Below are positions 27,961-40,580 of a stretch of DNA of 64,000 nucleotides, one piece after another. The notes under the pieces are model-generated. The model had not been told where the DNA came from, ran no database searches, and saw nothing but the letters and a program-made list of their open reading frames with translations. The stretch's first letter is position 1, and each line of letters begins with the position of its first letter. Source of the DNA: Octopus vulgaris (lineage: Eukaryota); contig OX597814.1 of the NCBI GenBank assembly GCA_951406725.2, positions 156,860,001 to 156,924,000 on the forward strand, given 5' to 3'. Both the position numbers and the translations under genes were made by a program.

Positions 27961-29410
27961 GCGTATGGTTTACTCAAAGCAGCATTCATGACCTTTGCAA
28001 CCACACTTGAGATTGGTACAGAGGAGGAAGACAGGAAAAAGGAAACCACGAGTCATATAGGAAACACTATTACTACAATGCTCTCACAGAAGATTATTGC
28101 AAAAGAGTGGACTCCAGCCAACAAGGACACCCAAAGACTAGATCGTGGGTGTTAAACAGGGTGATGAATTAAATCGTGTACGAATTCATTTCATACACTG
28201 ATGTGATTTATCCAATTCTTCCTTTCTAAAATAAAAATTTTAAAAAAAACCTCTGGAAATTTCCAACCGCCACACACCTAGCTTCGAATGTTCCAGCTGA
28301 ACATCAATAATATTACTATCGTCTGCTTTTTTCCATTTTTTGGCGCGGCGCGAGTTACAAAGGTCATAAGCAATGCCCCTCTTATCTTGAGTGAATGAAT
28401 GTGTGAATTTCTGTGCGGGACCGATAAATAAAGTACCAGTACAAGGGGCGACTTATTTTCATTCTAATCGGAAGAAATCATGGCCGATCCTAGAGTTTGA
28501 AGGATCGGGCCATGCTAGGTTTAAAATGCCTAAAACACACCATAACTCAATAAGGATTTGAGCGTCAAAGAGTGAATAGCTATCTAACAGTATGTATGTG
28601 TGCGTGTCTTTGTATGTATTGCATATACGTATGTATATATGTATGTATGCATGCATATATGTATGTAAACGCATGGATGTAAGTAGACGTATGTGGAGTA
28701 TGTATACTGATAAGTGTAAATACACGTGCAAACACACCACAGAATGTGTGAATGTACTTAAAAAAAAACTAATTAAATTCTCGAAAGGAATTCTTGAAAG
28801 GAATCTATGGAAGTGGAATTAACAAAAAAAATAATCAATAAATGGTCAGTATATATTTAAAAAATGACTAATTGATACTAACATCTTGTACACTACTTTC
28901 AAAGATTCATTAATATAGAGGCTGTTTAACCATAATATCGGTCCCGATAGTGCAGACTTTGGAAAGACGTTCCAAATATGACTCATTTGTCTTTCTTCTC
29001 TTTTTTCAAACATATAATTCAGGACAACCTTATCCAAATGTCATCTCTTCATAAAGAACTGACATTGTGCTTTAAGGAAGTTTGGGCTCCTACTTCTAGT
29101 AGATCAAACAATGTTGAAGCTCCTTCATTGAGGAGATTAGATGGTTAAAGTAAGGTAAGATTAGATTATATAGAGAAGCATACCAACTGCAAATGATACA
29201 CGAAAATGAAGATGATGGGAGGAGAAATGAAAACTTTTGTGACTCCTTTCCTGAATCACACGTTCGTTAACTCTCTTCTTTTTTTAATCTGCTGATTTAA
29301 AGAATGTTTTCAAGGATAATTTTCTGTTTCATCTGATTTTAACTTTTGAAAGGACAAAAGCTGAAGAAAATCTCATTGGTACCCTATTTACATCATGTCA
29401 ACTATTACCT

Positions 29411-29640
29411 ATTTCTTTACTACCCACAAGGGACCAAACACAGAGGACAAACAAGGACAGACACACGGTTCAAGTCGATTACATCGACCTCAGTGCGTAA
29501 CTGGTACTTATTTAATCGACCCCGAAAGGATGAAAGGCAAAGTCGACCTCGGCGGAATTTGAACTCAGAACGTAGCGGCAGACGAAATACCGCTAAGCAT
29601 TTCGCCCGGCTTGCTAACGAGTCTGCCAGCACGCCGCCTT
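29411..29640 (-). mobile_element. Well-preserved tRNA-derived SINE with Meta/MESC-like central domain
   Basis: Minus strand ggcggcgtgctggcaga...gagttcaaattcc (B box), gaggtcgactttgcctttcatcctttcgggggtcgat (recalled Meta-domain-like), tail ...tgtgggtagtaaagaaat. Near-identical to 40349-40580. Confidence 0.85.
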
Positions 29641-31777
29641 TGATGTCAACTATTACCATGGAAACGTTCGGATACGAAAGGTACAGACACCCACCTTGAA
29701 AGAGAGAGGGGGAGAGAGAATTACTTTTAGTTACTATTGTTCAGATCAGCCTATGATTTAAGGAATTCCAAACCAAGCTTGATCATCCTTCGTTTTCGTG
29801 CGTTTATATGTTCAGACGTCGTAAGCCTAGAACTACATTATTTTAACGTCTCGTTTGTTTGGTTTTTCTTTGAAAGTGGGATGTAATTTTATAGAAACTT
29901 GATCGTTACTTTTAGTATGCTTTTTGACTAGATAGTGATTCCCTTGTATCAAACTGCAAATGGACACCAGCCGGGACGACAGGTACAAAATATTTTTTAA
30001 ATGCCACTTTCTAGAAGAAAAATAATGGTTTCTGATCTAACAATGACTTTTAATGTAGTCATGGTGTGACAAATTGGAATGTGAAGTGGGTTGCATACAC
30101 CAATAATTTAACAAAGACTTGTTTTAACAAGCACAAAAGGATGAAAAACAAAGTTGACTTGGGCGGGATTTGAACTCTAAAAGTGAATAAATATTCGCAA
30201 TGACTCAATGCCAAATATTTTGGAGAAGAATATAATCGATTATATTGATCTCAATAAACTTTCTGGTGCGTTATTTTATCGATCCTGGTATTGTAAAAGG
30301 TAAAAGTTGAACTTGGCGGATGTAAAACCCCAAAACGTAAAGACCTTAACTCAGAATTGATCTCTGAGTGTACGGAGTTAAGTCGATATCATTGAATTTA
30401 GTAATTGATATATTTATTTATCGACGCCGAAGGGATGATTGGAAAAGTTGACTGCTACTGGGCTTTAACTTAGAACGTGAAGAGCCGGTACAAATAGTAC
30501 AAAGCACTTTTCCCGACACTGACGTTTCTGCCAAACCACCAGCTTGACCTTAAAATATTACAAGGTCTTTTGACCGATACTTAGCGGAGATTTGACAGAG
30601 CTAGCTATACCTCATAGTGAAAATGAAGGAAACACGGAGTGGGGGAATGAAAATTGAAATATGTTTGTGAAAAAAACAAAACAAAATTCAATTGGAATTG
30701 GAATTCCTAGCGAATGAATACTAAAAACGTAAATAAATGTATAAAACATGAAAATAAATAGATAAAAGGCTCGATTCTGTGCCGTGCTCATTTTCTTCCC
30801 CATTAAGAAGAGATAGACATTACAAAATCTCATCCCATGCTTGACAGATCCCGTCGATCTACTGGGCACAAAGCCAGCAATTTGTTAGGAAATGGGGTTA
30901 ATCGACCACATCTACTCCAGTGCTCAAATGGTACTCATTTTATTGACCCCATAATAAAATTAATTATTATTTCTTAGACATCAGATATAAAAGAGGAAAT
31001 ATGGTTTTCTGTGTATCTTTACGAGATTGTTTTTCACATTATATTTTTATCATATTCACCTGAAGGGAGTACTCAAGTACCGGCTTGGCTGAGATGGCTA
31101 CAAACTAAAACTAAAAATTTGATCAGTCACTTTTACCCCTCTCTCTCTCTCTCTCTCTCATCAGCGTGATTTGAACTCACGTGCAGCCGACGATTTTATC
31201 TCATGACTTTCGCCATCACCACTATTGTCCTGTATATTATGTTGTACCATATCAACAATCAGTGACTAACTTAGAATAAGCAAAATACTCACACGGGAAT
31301 CAGTTCCTTTATTTCATATGTGTTACGTAAATATTTAGGATCTTTTGATCCATATATTTTCAATAGAAAAACCCTTAGAGTGGAAAATAGGAAGAAAGTG
31401 ATGGATTTTTCAATTTTGAAACAAAAAAAGATGAAATACATAAAATAAGTTATGTCAAGTAATCGCATTCAGGAGTCGAAATGCCTTTTTTTTTATTCGT
31501 AAACCTTACATCAGCTTGTTCAATCCACCACATCTCGTAGAAATATGGAAACATATGTGGTTAGGAAATTCTTGGTATTAATCAGGAATCTTCCCCCACC
31601 TGGGCACAAGTTAACGAAAGCTAACGTGGAAGTTACCCATAACTGCATATTAAATGTGTACATACGTGTGTGCGAGTACACACGCGTGCACCCACACATG
31701 CACACGAGTGTGTTTATACATATATTACATTTACATATATACACGTGTATATGTAGGGGTGTATGTGTATATATAAG

Positions 31778-31810
<33 letters not shown>

Positions 31811-32643
31811 TAGAAGTATTGGGGGTGATGTAGCTCGTTATATAGATAGATAGATAGATAGATAGGGAGAGAGACAGAGCGAGTGAGAAAGAGAGAAACG
31901 GGCTGAGCGAGTGGGAGAGAAAGAGCGACTGAGAGACCTTGGTACCTCTACACTTTCATAGAATTTTGACAATACTGGCATGTTTGTTTGTTCTATTTTC
32001 ACAAGGCAGCACAACTATAAAAAATATAATTCACATAAGAAATAAATATAAAGAAAATGTTTATTTATCATAAACTCCCTTCGCATCGTAGATGCATTGC
32101 CGGAATATGTTAGTCTTAAGTGTACGTTTTCTATCGACTCCCTAGTTGTCAGGTTCTTCATAGGAGGGAGTTGTCATCGTTTGATTATGTGGTGCTATTT
32201 CGTAGGCTAGCAATTTAAGCATGCAAATTCAACAGGAGAAAAACATAATCACAGATTTATCCGTTATGGTACTTGTTAAATGTAAAGATATTTTCGGCAA
32301 TGTTTCTTTATAAATTCATTTATGAATAACGCTTGCCCATTATTATTTTTTTTTTTTTTCAAATACAGAATAGAGGGAGCGTGCGAGAAATAAAATAATG
32401 AAAGAAGGAAGTTTGTATTATGTGTTAATGAAGAGGAAAGAGAAGGAAAATATGTGAAACGTGAGCAAACATCACGAGTACAAACCTTTAACAGAAAGAA
32501 ATGTACATTCGCACATCACTGGCTCCACCATAAACAAAGTAGAAGCGACAGCATTAAACGGATTTTCAGAACGTTCAGGACACACCGTTGCCGACACACG
32601 AGTTACATACGTAAACACACACACACACACATAATATATGCAC

Positions 32644-32675
<32 letters not shown>

Positions 32676-32887
32676 GGGGGGGGAGACAGGCAGACTCAGA
32701 GTGTTTCAATGTGCGTGTGGTTTTAGGCTCGTACGTATGGAAATAAATGTTCTTGCATTGATTCTTCATTGAATAAATGATGACAAATCTTGTCGGGATG
32801 AGTGCGTAGGAAGCTGGCTGAGAGAGAATCTACTGGTCGCTAAAAAAGGGGGATAGAGGAGACTATATAGCGAGTGTATATACCGGA

Positions 32888-33158
32888 TGGATAGATAGAT
32901 AGATAGTGATAGAGAGAGAGTGATTGATAGAGAGTGATAGATAGATAGATAGACAAGAGTGATTGATAGATAGATAAGAGTGATTGATAGATAGATAGAG
33001 TGATTGATAGATAGATATAAAAGAGTGATTGATAGATAGTTAGATAAGAGTGAGATAGATAGCTAGATAAGAGTGATAGATAGATAGATAAGAGTGATAG
33101 ATAGATAGATAGATAGATAGATAAGAGTGATAGATAGATAGATAGATAGATAGATATG
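32888..33158. repeat. (GATA)n-based compound repeat with recurring AAGAGT/GAGTGATT interruptions
   Basis: Directly visible. Confidence 0.9.
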
Positions 33159-33843
33159 AAACTATAAAAGTGAGAAATAGGAAACGACAGGTAGACGGAA
33201 AGATCGATCAATCAATAGATTAGAGATCGGTAACCAGTATACTGTATGTTTTTGTGTCACCAATCTAAAGATAGAACAAGACGGGCAGACTAATAAAAGC
33301 TATAAAGCTGCAACATCGTGAAAGTAAATGACGGAAGAGACAGGTTGTTGTTGTTCGTTGAAGTGAAGCAGTCTAGGTGCATCATACATACGCTGACGGT
33401 TCGGATACTAACAAGTGGAAGAAAGCTTGTTAATAATAAATAATAAAATAAATAACCAGAACGTCCAACAGATAGCAGCAGCAACAGTAGTTCGGTTCTA
33501 GTAGGAGAAGTAATTTAACGAGGTATAATTACTACTAAAGGGGTCTTTATTTATTAAAGGTAGAGAAATTCTTTGAAGTGATGTGTGTGTAAGTGTGAGT
33601 GTGTGTACATGTACATATAAGTATGTGTACGTGTGTGCGTGTTACACTAGTAAATACAGAGAAATAGAAAATCTGAGACAATCGAACATTTGCCAATATA
33701 AACCAAAAATGAAGCCGTGTTTCGAAAATATTGTATTGGTAATATATGAAAATTCTTCTCTACGTTGAAAGGTATGACTAAGCAGAGATATACGTATATA
33801 GAATGAAATAAAACTAAATTATAAATATATATATATATATATG

Positions 33844-33880
<37 letters not shown>

Positions 33881-33913
33881 AATAAGATAGGTTAAATTAA
33901 ATTAAGGACTTAC

Positions 33914-34320
33914 CTTTTAATAATTGTTTTAATTTAAGTTCCACAGGGATAAATAATGAATGAATAGATCTGAAGAAAACATTAAAAAAAACCCTCGTTT
34001 AAATAAAAGAAAATGGTATATAGTAACAATAAATAATGGTCCGTTATATAGTAAGCACTTCTATTGTAATGGCAAGGCAGGCTTTCCCCTCCGCACTACA
34101 AGATACTCTCTCTATATATATATTGGTGTTTTCTTGTAGCAGTTTCTCCCTCTCTCTCCCTTCTTTCCTCCTTACACACACTCTCTCGTTCGCTTTCTCT
34201 CTCTTTGTCTCTGTCACTCTGCAGAATCTTTAGAGCTGCAACAGTTTTCGATAATTATCAGCCCAGTCGCACTCAACAAATCAGTCTGCACTGAAGACAA
34301 CGAAAATCATCGCGAGATGC
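33914..34320 (-). promoter_or_regulatory. Candidate non-coding first exon / promoter-proximal region of a minus-strand gene
   Basis: Perfect consensus donor AAAAG|GTAAGT (33914/33913-33908). Repeat-free, CpG-retaining sequence with a GA-rich leader on the minus strand. The upstream boundary is a guess. Confidence 0.4.
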
Positions 34321-34950
34321 TCTCTTAGTAATGATGACAATGCAAATATATGAGACCGTACGAAGAACATAACATTTATTTAGGATTTCAGCGGAATTTC
34401 GAATACATTTTTTATTAGAAATTATAAGATAACGGTTTACTCACCAAGGAAACAGTGTGTATAAAAATACGTGTGTGTGCATCACATTAACTCATAAGCG
34501 CATGTGTCCATGAATGTGTTGAATGGAGGGAGATTTGATCTGACAAACATGTACAATATGTATATCTACGTGTGCTTCTATGTTTGTTCATTATTATTGA
34601 AAAATAAAACGGGTATTAGATTGGGTATAAGCAATTGTAATTAATACGAGGACCTGTGCATGTATGAACATCCCAGTTTTTTTTGCATTTCAGGGACAAC
34701 AATATGCAAAATTAACCTCCTTTATTTTAAAGAGAGGGGTAGGTCTGGCTGGCTGGCTGCTTCGGGCAATTCGTCTCTATGTTTGTATATATGTTACGAG
34801 CACGCGACACTGATAGCGAAAGCGTGCAGAACTGGTTAGTTGATTTAGATAAAAAAAAATGTGCGTACATTTTGGGACAATTTAAAGCGTGTGTATTTGT
34901 GCGCGCGCACATAATACATAATTTGTGCTCGCTTTGAATTGTCCTAAATT

Positions 34951-34983
<33 letters not shown>

Positions 34984-35134
34984 AACACACATACACATAT
35001 ATACGTGCAAGTACCAGTCTTAAGTACTGGGATCGATTCGTTCGACGTAAACCCTTCTATGCAGGACACCGATGACTGAAACAAGTGGAAGATTAAAGAT
35101 GCTTATGCAGTTGTATAAATATATACATATTTTT

Positions 35135-35143
35135 AAATATATT

Positions 35144-35186
<43 letters not shown>

Positions 35187-35660
35187 TAGAGATAAAACCA
35201 CTATTAGGCAAAATATATATATATTTATATGTATATATTTATGTGTATATCTATATATAAATCTATATGTATATATATATATAGATGTATATGTGTGTGT
35301 ATATATATATATATGTATATACATATATAAGTGTATATATATATATATACATAATGTATATACATATATATATATAGATGTATATATATATATAAGTGTA
35401 TATATATATATATAGATGTATATATATATATATATACACATATATATATAGATGTATGTGTATATATAAATATATACACATATATGTATATATATGTGTG
35501 TGTGTATATGCATGTATGTATATATGTGTGTATATATATATATATGTGTGTGTGCATGTATATATGTATATGTATGTATATATGTGTATATATATATGTG
35601 TGTGTATATATTTATATATGTATATATATATATGTATATATATATATGTATATATATATA
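35135..35660. repeat. (TA)n/(TG)n compound microsatellite
   Basis: Directly visible; source of the YI/HT-repeat ORFs. Confidence 0.95.
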
Positions 35661-35744
35661 TATGACGCCCCCAGATGTTAAGTAGGCTAGTCCAATACAT
35701 ATAAATAGTGAAGATGATGGCTAGTTGTAGAATCGTCGCATAGA

Positions 35745-37590
35745 TCTGCAGGTGGTTTGAGTTATTGATAATGGTATGCTTTTGTCGTAAGTCAGAGCAT
35801 TAAATATGTGTTTGTTGATTATTACTGTTTGAATTGTTGATATTATTATTTTGAATTGCTATTTTTTTCTTCCCATTGAGGGAAAAAAATGGAGAAAACA
35901 CCAGCGGGTGGCCACAGTTATGCAGCCGCAACTGGAAAAGGAATAGAAACAGAAACGTTGGAAATAATTGAAATTAAGGAGGAACCAAGGAATATGAAAG
36001 GTTGCTGGAGAAAAATGGAGATATGTTGAAGTTAACGCCACCTGCAGAATTGACAGGCAATGTAACAAAAAGAACAGTTATATTCAAGACAATGAAAATA
36101 GCAACGAGAAAGATTGAGATTGCGACAGTGGAGGAAATTGATGAATGTTTAAAAAGCATTAAAAAATAACGACATTCATAATAAGAGGAAGGAACTATGC
36201 CACCAAGGAGGTGCACTTTGCGACAGAGGTAGAAGCAATTATGCACTCCACGGAGGCAATAAGATCGGAGGAGTGGGTGCTTTTGCCTTCCTACTGTGGC
36301 AAACATGTGGCCAGAGTGCAAGTAGGCAAAGTACCCCCAGAACTAAAAGAAACATGGTTGATGACAGCCATAATGTTTAACATGAAAGATGAGGCCAAGA
36401 TACTGAAGGCCACAAGGACACAAAGAATCAACTACTGGGGATATGTGGTTGAGCTCCCTATCCAGGTAACAATAGAGGACTTAAATCGAATTGTTGAGGA
36501 GATAGTGCTGCCTTATGACTTGAGGTTGAGAATGGTAGTGGAGGGTAGGCAGCCTATATGTTTTGCATGTGGGGAGAAAGGCCACATGAAGGTGAGGTGC
36601 CCACAGAGAGAACAGATGGAGAAGCAAGAGAGTATAGTCCAGGTAGTAGAGGTGGAGATGGAAGAAAAAGCAATGGAGGAGGAATTCACAGTGGTGAAAA
36701 AAAAGAAAGAGAAGTAGAAGAGTGAGCCCACCGCCAGAGAGCCAGAAAAAGAAGAAAGAAGAGGTGGAAATGAAAGTTGAGACCGGAAGGAAGGAAGACA
36801 AAAGCGTAGTGGAAAAAGAAAGTGAAAAAGTAATTGGAAAAGTGTTCCAGAGGGAGGAAACAGTGTTGAAAACACCAGTTATTCCAGCGAAAGAAAAAGA
36901 TTCAGGAGTGCAACTGTATGAGGGTGAAATGGAGAGATTGTTCAGAGTGGAGATAGGAAAGGAAAAGGTACCAGAAGTGGAAGAGGAAAAGGGAAAACCA
37001 AGAAGAAGAAAATATAAATGGAACTTCGTAACATATGCAAAAAACAAAGAAACGGAAAGAAAAATTTTTTAATTTAAGCACATCATAAGAGTGAGGTTAC
37101 CTACAGATATGTAATCAGAAAATGTGAAGGCCATTGTGGTCGACAAAGACACATACAAGAGACTGAGAGACATATGCGGAGACAAGATTGACCCGCCTGG
37201 AGTGTTAGTGGAGTTCGACAAACTACCACCAGTAGTTGAGCTAAAATACTTGGAGCCTTTCATGAGGTATTAAAAAGAAAAAAGAGTAAGTAAAATTGTT
37301 TTGTTAAAATAAAAATAAAAGGAAAAAGAAAAAGTAAAAGTGTTTCATGTAAAAAAAAAGAGCAAGAAAGATGATTAAGAAAAATCAATAAGAAAAATAG
37401 AATGATTGTAAATAGTAAACATAAATGTTCAAATGGTATTGCATGGGAGTGGGGCCCATGCAGCCATTTCATTTTTATATAACATCTCATTCTCATTCGT
37501 TTTATTTTTTATGTCCCCATTGTGGTGTTGTATCTGTTCTTGTAGTGTCCCCCTCTGTATTGTGGCCGTAGTGCCAAATAAAGAAATAAG
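35745..37590 (+). mobile_element. ORF1-only L1/Tx1-like non-autonomous retroelement (HAL1-like)
   Basis: Flanked by CGTCGCATAGA (35734-35744) and CGTCGTGTAGA (37591-37601); terminal AATAAAGAAATAAG; no endonuclease or RT coding sequence visible. Confidence 0.75.
35889..37273 (+). pseudogene. Frameshifted ORF1/gag-like protein with CCHC zinc knuckle and E/K-rich tail
   Basis: N-terminal SYAAA; VVEGRQPICFACGEKGHMKVRC (CX2CX4HX4C at 36559-36600); ORF-track pieces 36211-36717 and 36722-37072. Confidence 0.8.
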
Positions 37591-37806
37591 CGTCGTGTAG
37601 AGTGAGCCAGAGCCATCAGTAGACTAGACATCATGTTCTGTTGAGTCAAGTCATCGGAAGTGACAGTTCAGTAGTTGAGTAGAGGTACGTTATTGGCGAA
37701 GGCATGCCCTCTGAATGTGCAATATAACAGTGGCAACAAATTTTCCAATAGTACCGAAACAGAAGAGTTACTGAAGTAGTTGTCAAACAACAAGAACAGT
37801 AACAGC

Positions 37807-38086
37807 ATGAGCGAAAACACCTAAAGCTCCACAAGGCTCCGGCAGGGGGTGGTGGCGACCCCTGTTGTACTCTTTCGCTTCAACTTTCTCTCACTCTTTC
37901 TTCCTGTTTCTTGTCCCTGACTTCCTATGCAACCGCTGATCCTGAATGTGCATTCATCCATCCGTTGATGCTCTCAGTGTCGGGGGTTGACCTGCATTCT
38001 CTTCTGCGGGTCTTACAAATAGCAAAGGACTACGTTTCGGACTTCTCCCATCTTGCGAGCTCTGGGACAAAGACCGTTTGCTCAAC
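37807..38086 (+). mobile_element. 5'-truncated SINE related to 8721-9003 but with a different 3' half
   Basis: Shares atgagcgaaa(a)cacctaa(a)gctccac and caactttctctcactctt. TSD-like AACAG(T/C)AACAGC at 37795-37806 and 38087-38098, within the gag poly-Q codons. Confidence 0.7.
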
Positions 38087-38552
38087 AACAGCAACAGCAG
38101 CAACTACAGAAGTTAACAGAATTGTTACTGCAGTCAAGAAATACGACAGAATCATTTTCAGCAGACAGTGTTGCAAATTCCATCAAAGAATTTCACTATA
38201 AACTGGATGCAGGAACTACTTTTACTGCATATTACAGATGATACGAAGACATATTCCAAGAGGAATGTAAGGGGTGGTCTAGTGAAAGGAAGGTAAGACC
38301 TCTTTTATGAAAGTTTGCCCCTCCGGAACATGAAAGTTTTTCCGAGAAAGCCCGCGGAATTGTATTTTGATGAAACAATAAATATTTTGGCTAATATTTT
38401 TAGCGAGAAAAGTTCGCAGTTTAACATTTGGTGGAAATGTTTAAATTTAAAGAAAAACGAGCCCAACAATTTTATAACATATGCCGGTATGGTTAATAAG
38501 GCTTGCGAAAGCTTTAAGTTGAAAGAATTAACGCCAGATATGTTCAAATGCC

Positions 38553-38553
<1 letters not shown>

Positions 38554-38583
<30 letters not shown>

Positions 38584-39108
38584 GATAGTGGCTCTCATGG
38601 CTTCTGATCTTAACTGATTGGAAGTGTTATTATGTCTTGATATAAAAGATGGACTACAACAAATATTCTGCTTAATACCACAGTTTTGCTTGTCAGTAGG
38701 TTGACATTAACCATTTGAGCTTGTACCTTAATGGCTAATGATATGTGCATCTCTGATCACAAGCAAAAGTAGTTAGGGGACATCATAGTCATGTGCTGAG
38801 AGGAATTCGTTGGGGTTTGAATAATTCACCTCTGGAAACATCCTTAAACAAACCTTGTTCAGTGACCTAATGAGCAGGATGGGCTACTCAACCCGAAGAA
38901 AATTCTAACTGGACCCCACCTGCAAGTTCATGTGCTGTTTATCTTGATATGAGATCACTATGTCATGCACATATGGTTGTGATGCATATGCTTTGTGTAT
39001 CCTTATCAGAAGAGTAGTCATGATGGATGTATTGGGCTTCGTATATTTTACCCCAATGTCACTTTGATGGCATGCGCTGCTCTCTCACTCAATAATAATA
39101 ATAATAAT
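38554..39108 (+). mobile_element. (AAT)n-flanked element, copy 2
   Basis: Colinear with copy 1; (AAT)n at 38554-38580 and 39091-39108; interrupts Gypsy gag. Confidence 0.85.
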
Positions 39109-39618
39109 TTCATTTGAGTATTAACCTGAGAGTTACTAAGCTCATCTATAGATACTGACTTTCAGACAAGACAGTGATCTGGAGATTGTTTGTTTTACAA
39201 ACAACATCAGAAAATCTACAAATATCCATTGAGGTTTTATTATTACAGATTCGGTGGACAACAGATTTTAGTAATGATAAAACAACAAATGTATGTCTGG
39301 ACATTCTAATCTAAATAAGTGATGGAATAAATATATTTTAAGAGTCATAAAATATTAATGAAGAACACAGCTATAAATTTTTTTTATTGATACATAAAAA
39401 CTGATAAATTGCTAATAATTTATTATAGTGCCAGCAAATGAGACATTTTTCCTGTTTCTATTTTTTGTCTCCCTTTCCGGTTCCTTTTTCTTTCCTGGCA
39501 GTTAATTCTCACCAGGGGTTTGTTTTGTTTGTAATATGTGATCATGAAACCACATCTAATTCAGTAAGTGTATAAAATTCAGATAATTCAAGTTTGTCCA
39601 GCAAATTACTTTAATGTA

Positions 39619-39735
39619 TAATTCTGATGAATCTGATTCGGAATGTGTCGTTTCTATGGCACCTGAAGAAGCAATAGTTGCATATATTATTGCAAGATAC
39701 ATGAGATCAAATTCAGGTGAAACAATTGTAAATTG
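39619..39735 (+). ncRNA. Minimal type I hammerhead ribozyme motif (long stem II loop)
   Basis: TAATT-CTGATGA-ATCTGA...TCAGGT-GAAAC-AATT-GTA-AATTG. Confidence 0.6.
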
Positions 39736-40348
39736 ATGTATAAAAAGACTTGCTCAATCTATTTTTTTTTTTTTGTACATATAATTACAAATTTTGTTTG
39801 CTGGTGTGTAGTATAATGTTCTACAGTTGCTCTTTGTTGTAAATGCATGGTGAAGCCCACAGAAATGTGTTGTACTAGTATGTCCAACATAACAGCTGGA
39901 GTCATGAAGTTTGCAATTTTCAAAGACATTTACAGATGATATTAATCATTCAAAGCTGGCATGGGCTGGATGGTTTGACTGGGGGCTGGCAAGCCAGAAA
40001 GCTGTACAAGACTCCAATCCGATCTGGCAAAGTTTCTACAGCAGGTTGCCCTCCCTAATGCCAACCACTTAAAGAGTGTACTGGGTGCTTTTTACATGCC
40101 ACCAGCATGGGACCCAGTCAGGCGTCACTGGCAACAGTGCTTTTTACATGCCACCGGTGCACACACACACACACACACTATACCTATACACACATATATA
40201 CATACATATATATACATATGTATGCATGTGTGTGTGTATACACACATACACACATACATATATATATATGTCACCGATGCACACACACACAGACACACAC
40301 ACACCTATACACACATATAGACATACATATGCATATACATATATATAT

Positions 40349-40580
40349 ATTTCTTTACTACCCACAAGGGGCTAAACACAGAGGAGACAAACAAGGACAG
40401 ACAAACGGATTAAGTCGATTACATCGACCCCAGTGCGTAACTGATACTTAATTTATCGACCCCAGAAGGATGAAAGGCAAAGTCGACCTCGGCGGAATTT
40501 GAACTCGGAACGTAACAGCAGACGAAATACGGCAACGCATTTCGCCCGGCATGCTAACGTTTCTGCCAGCTCGCCGCCTT
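40349..40580 (-). mobile_element. tRNA-derived SINE (Meta/MESC-like), young copy
   Basis: Near-identical to 29411-29640. More decayed copies at 60597-61060 and 30130-30545. Confidence 0.85.

Larger units (their letters stand above)
35661..39125 (+). mobile_element. Ty3/Gypsy (K02A2.6-like) remnant: 5' LTR, PBS and decayed gag, with three nested insertions
   Basis: LTR pieces 35661-35744 and 37591-37729 end ...ATAACA, followed by GTGGCAAC (decayed TGGCGAC-type PBS). gag: EFHYKLDAGTTFTAYYR*YEDIF...KVRPLL...PRKPAELYFDETINIL...YAGMVNKACESF...DMFKCL. Confidence 0.8.

Noticed and set aside
35133-35700. Long YI/HT/CV-rich ORFs here and at 27.4-27.9, 40.1-40.4 and 41.2-41.4 kb
   Set aside because: They are translations of dinucleotide microsatellites.
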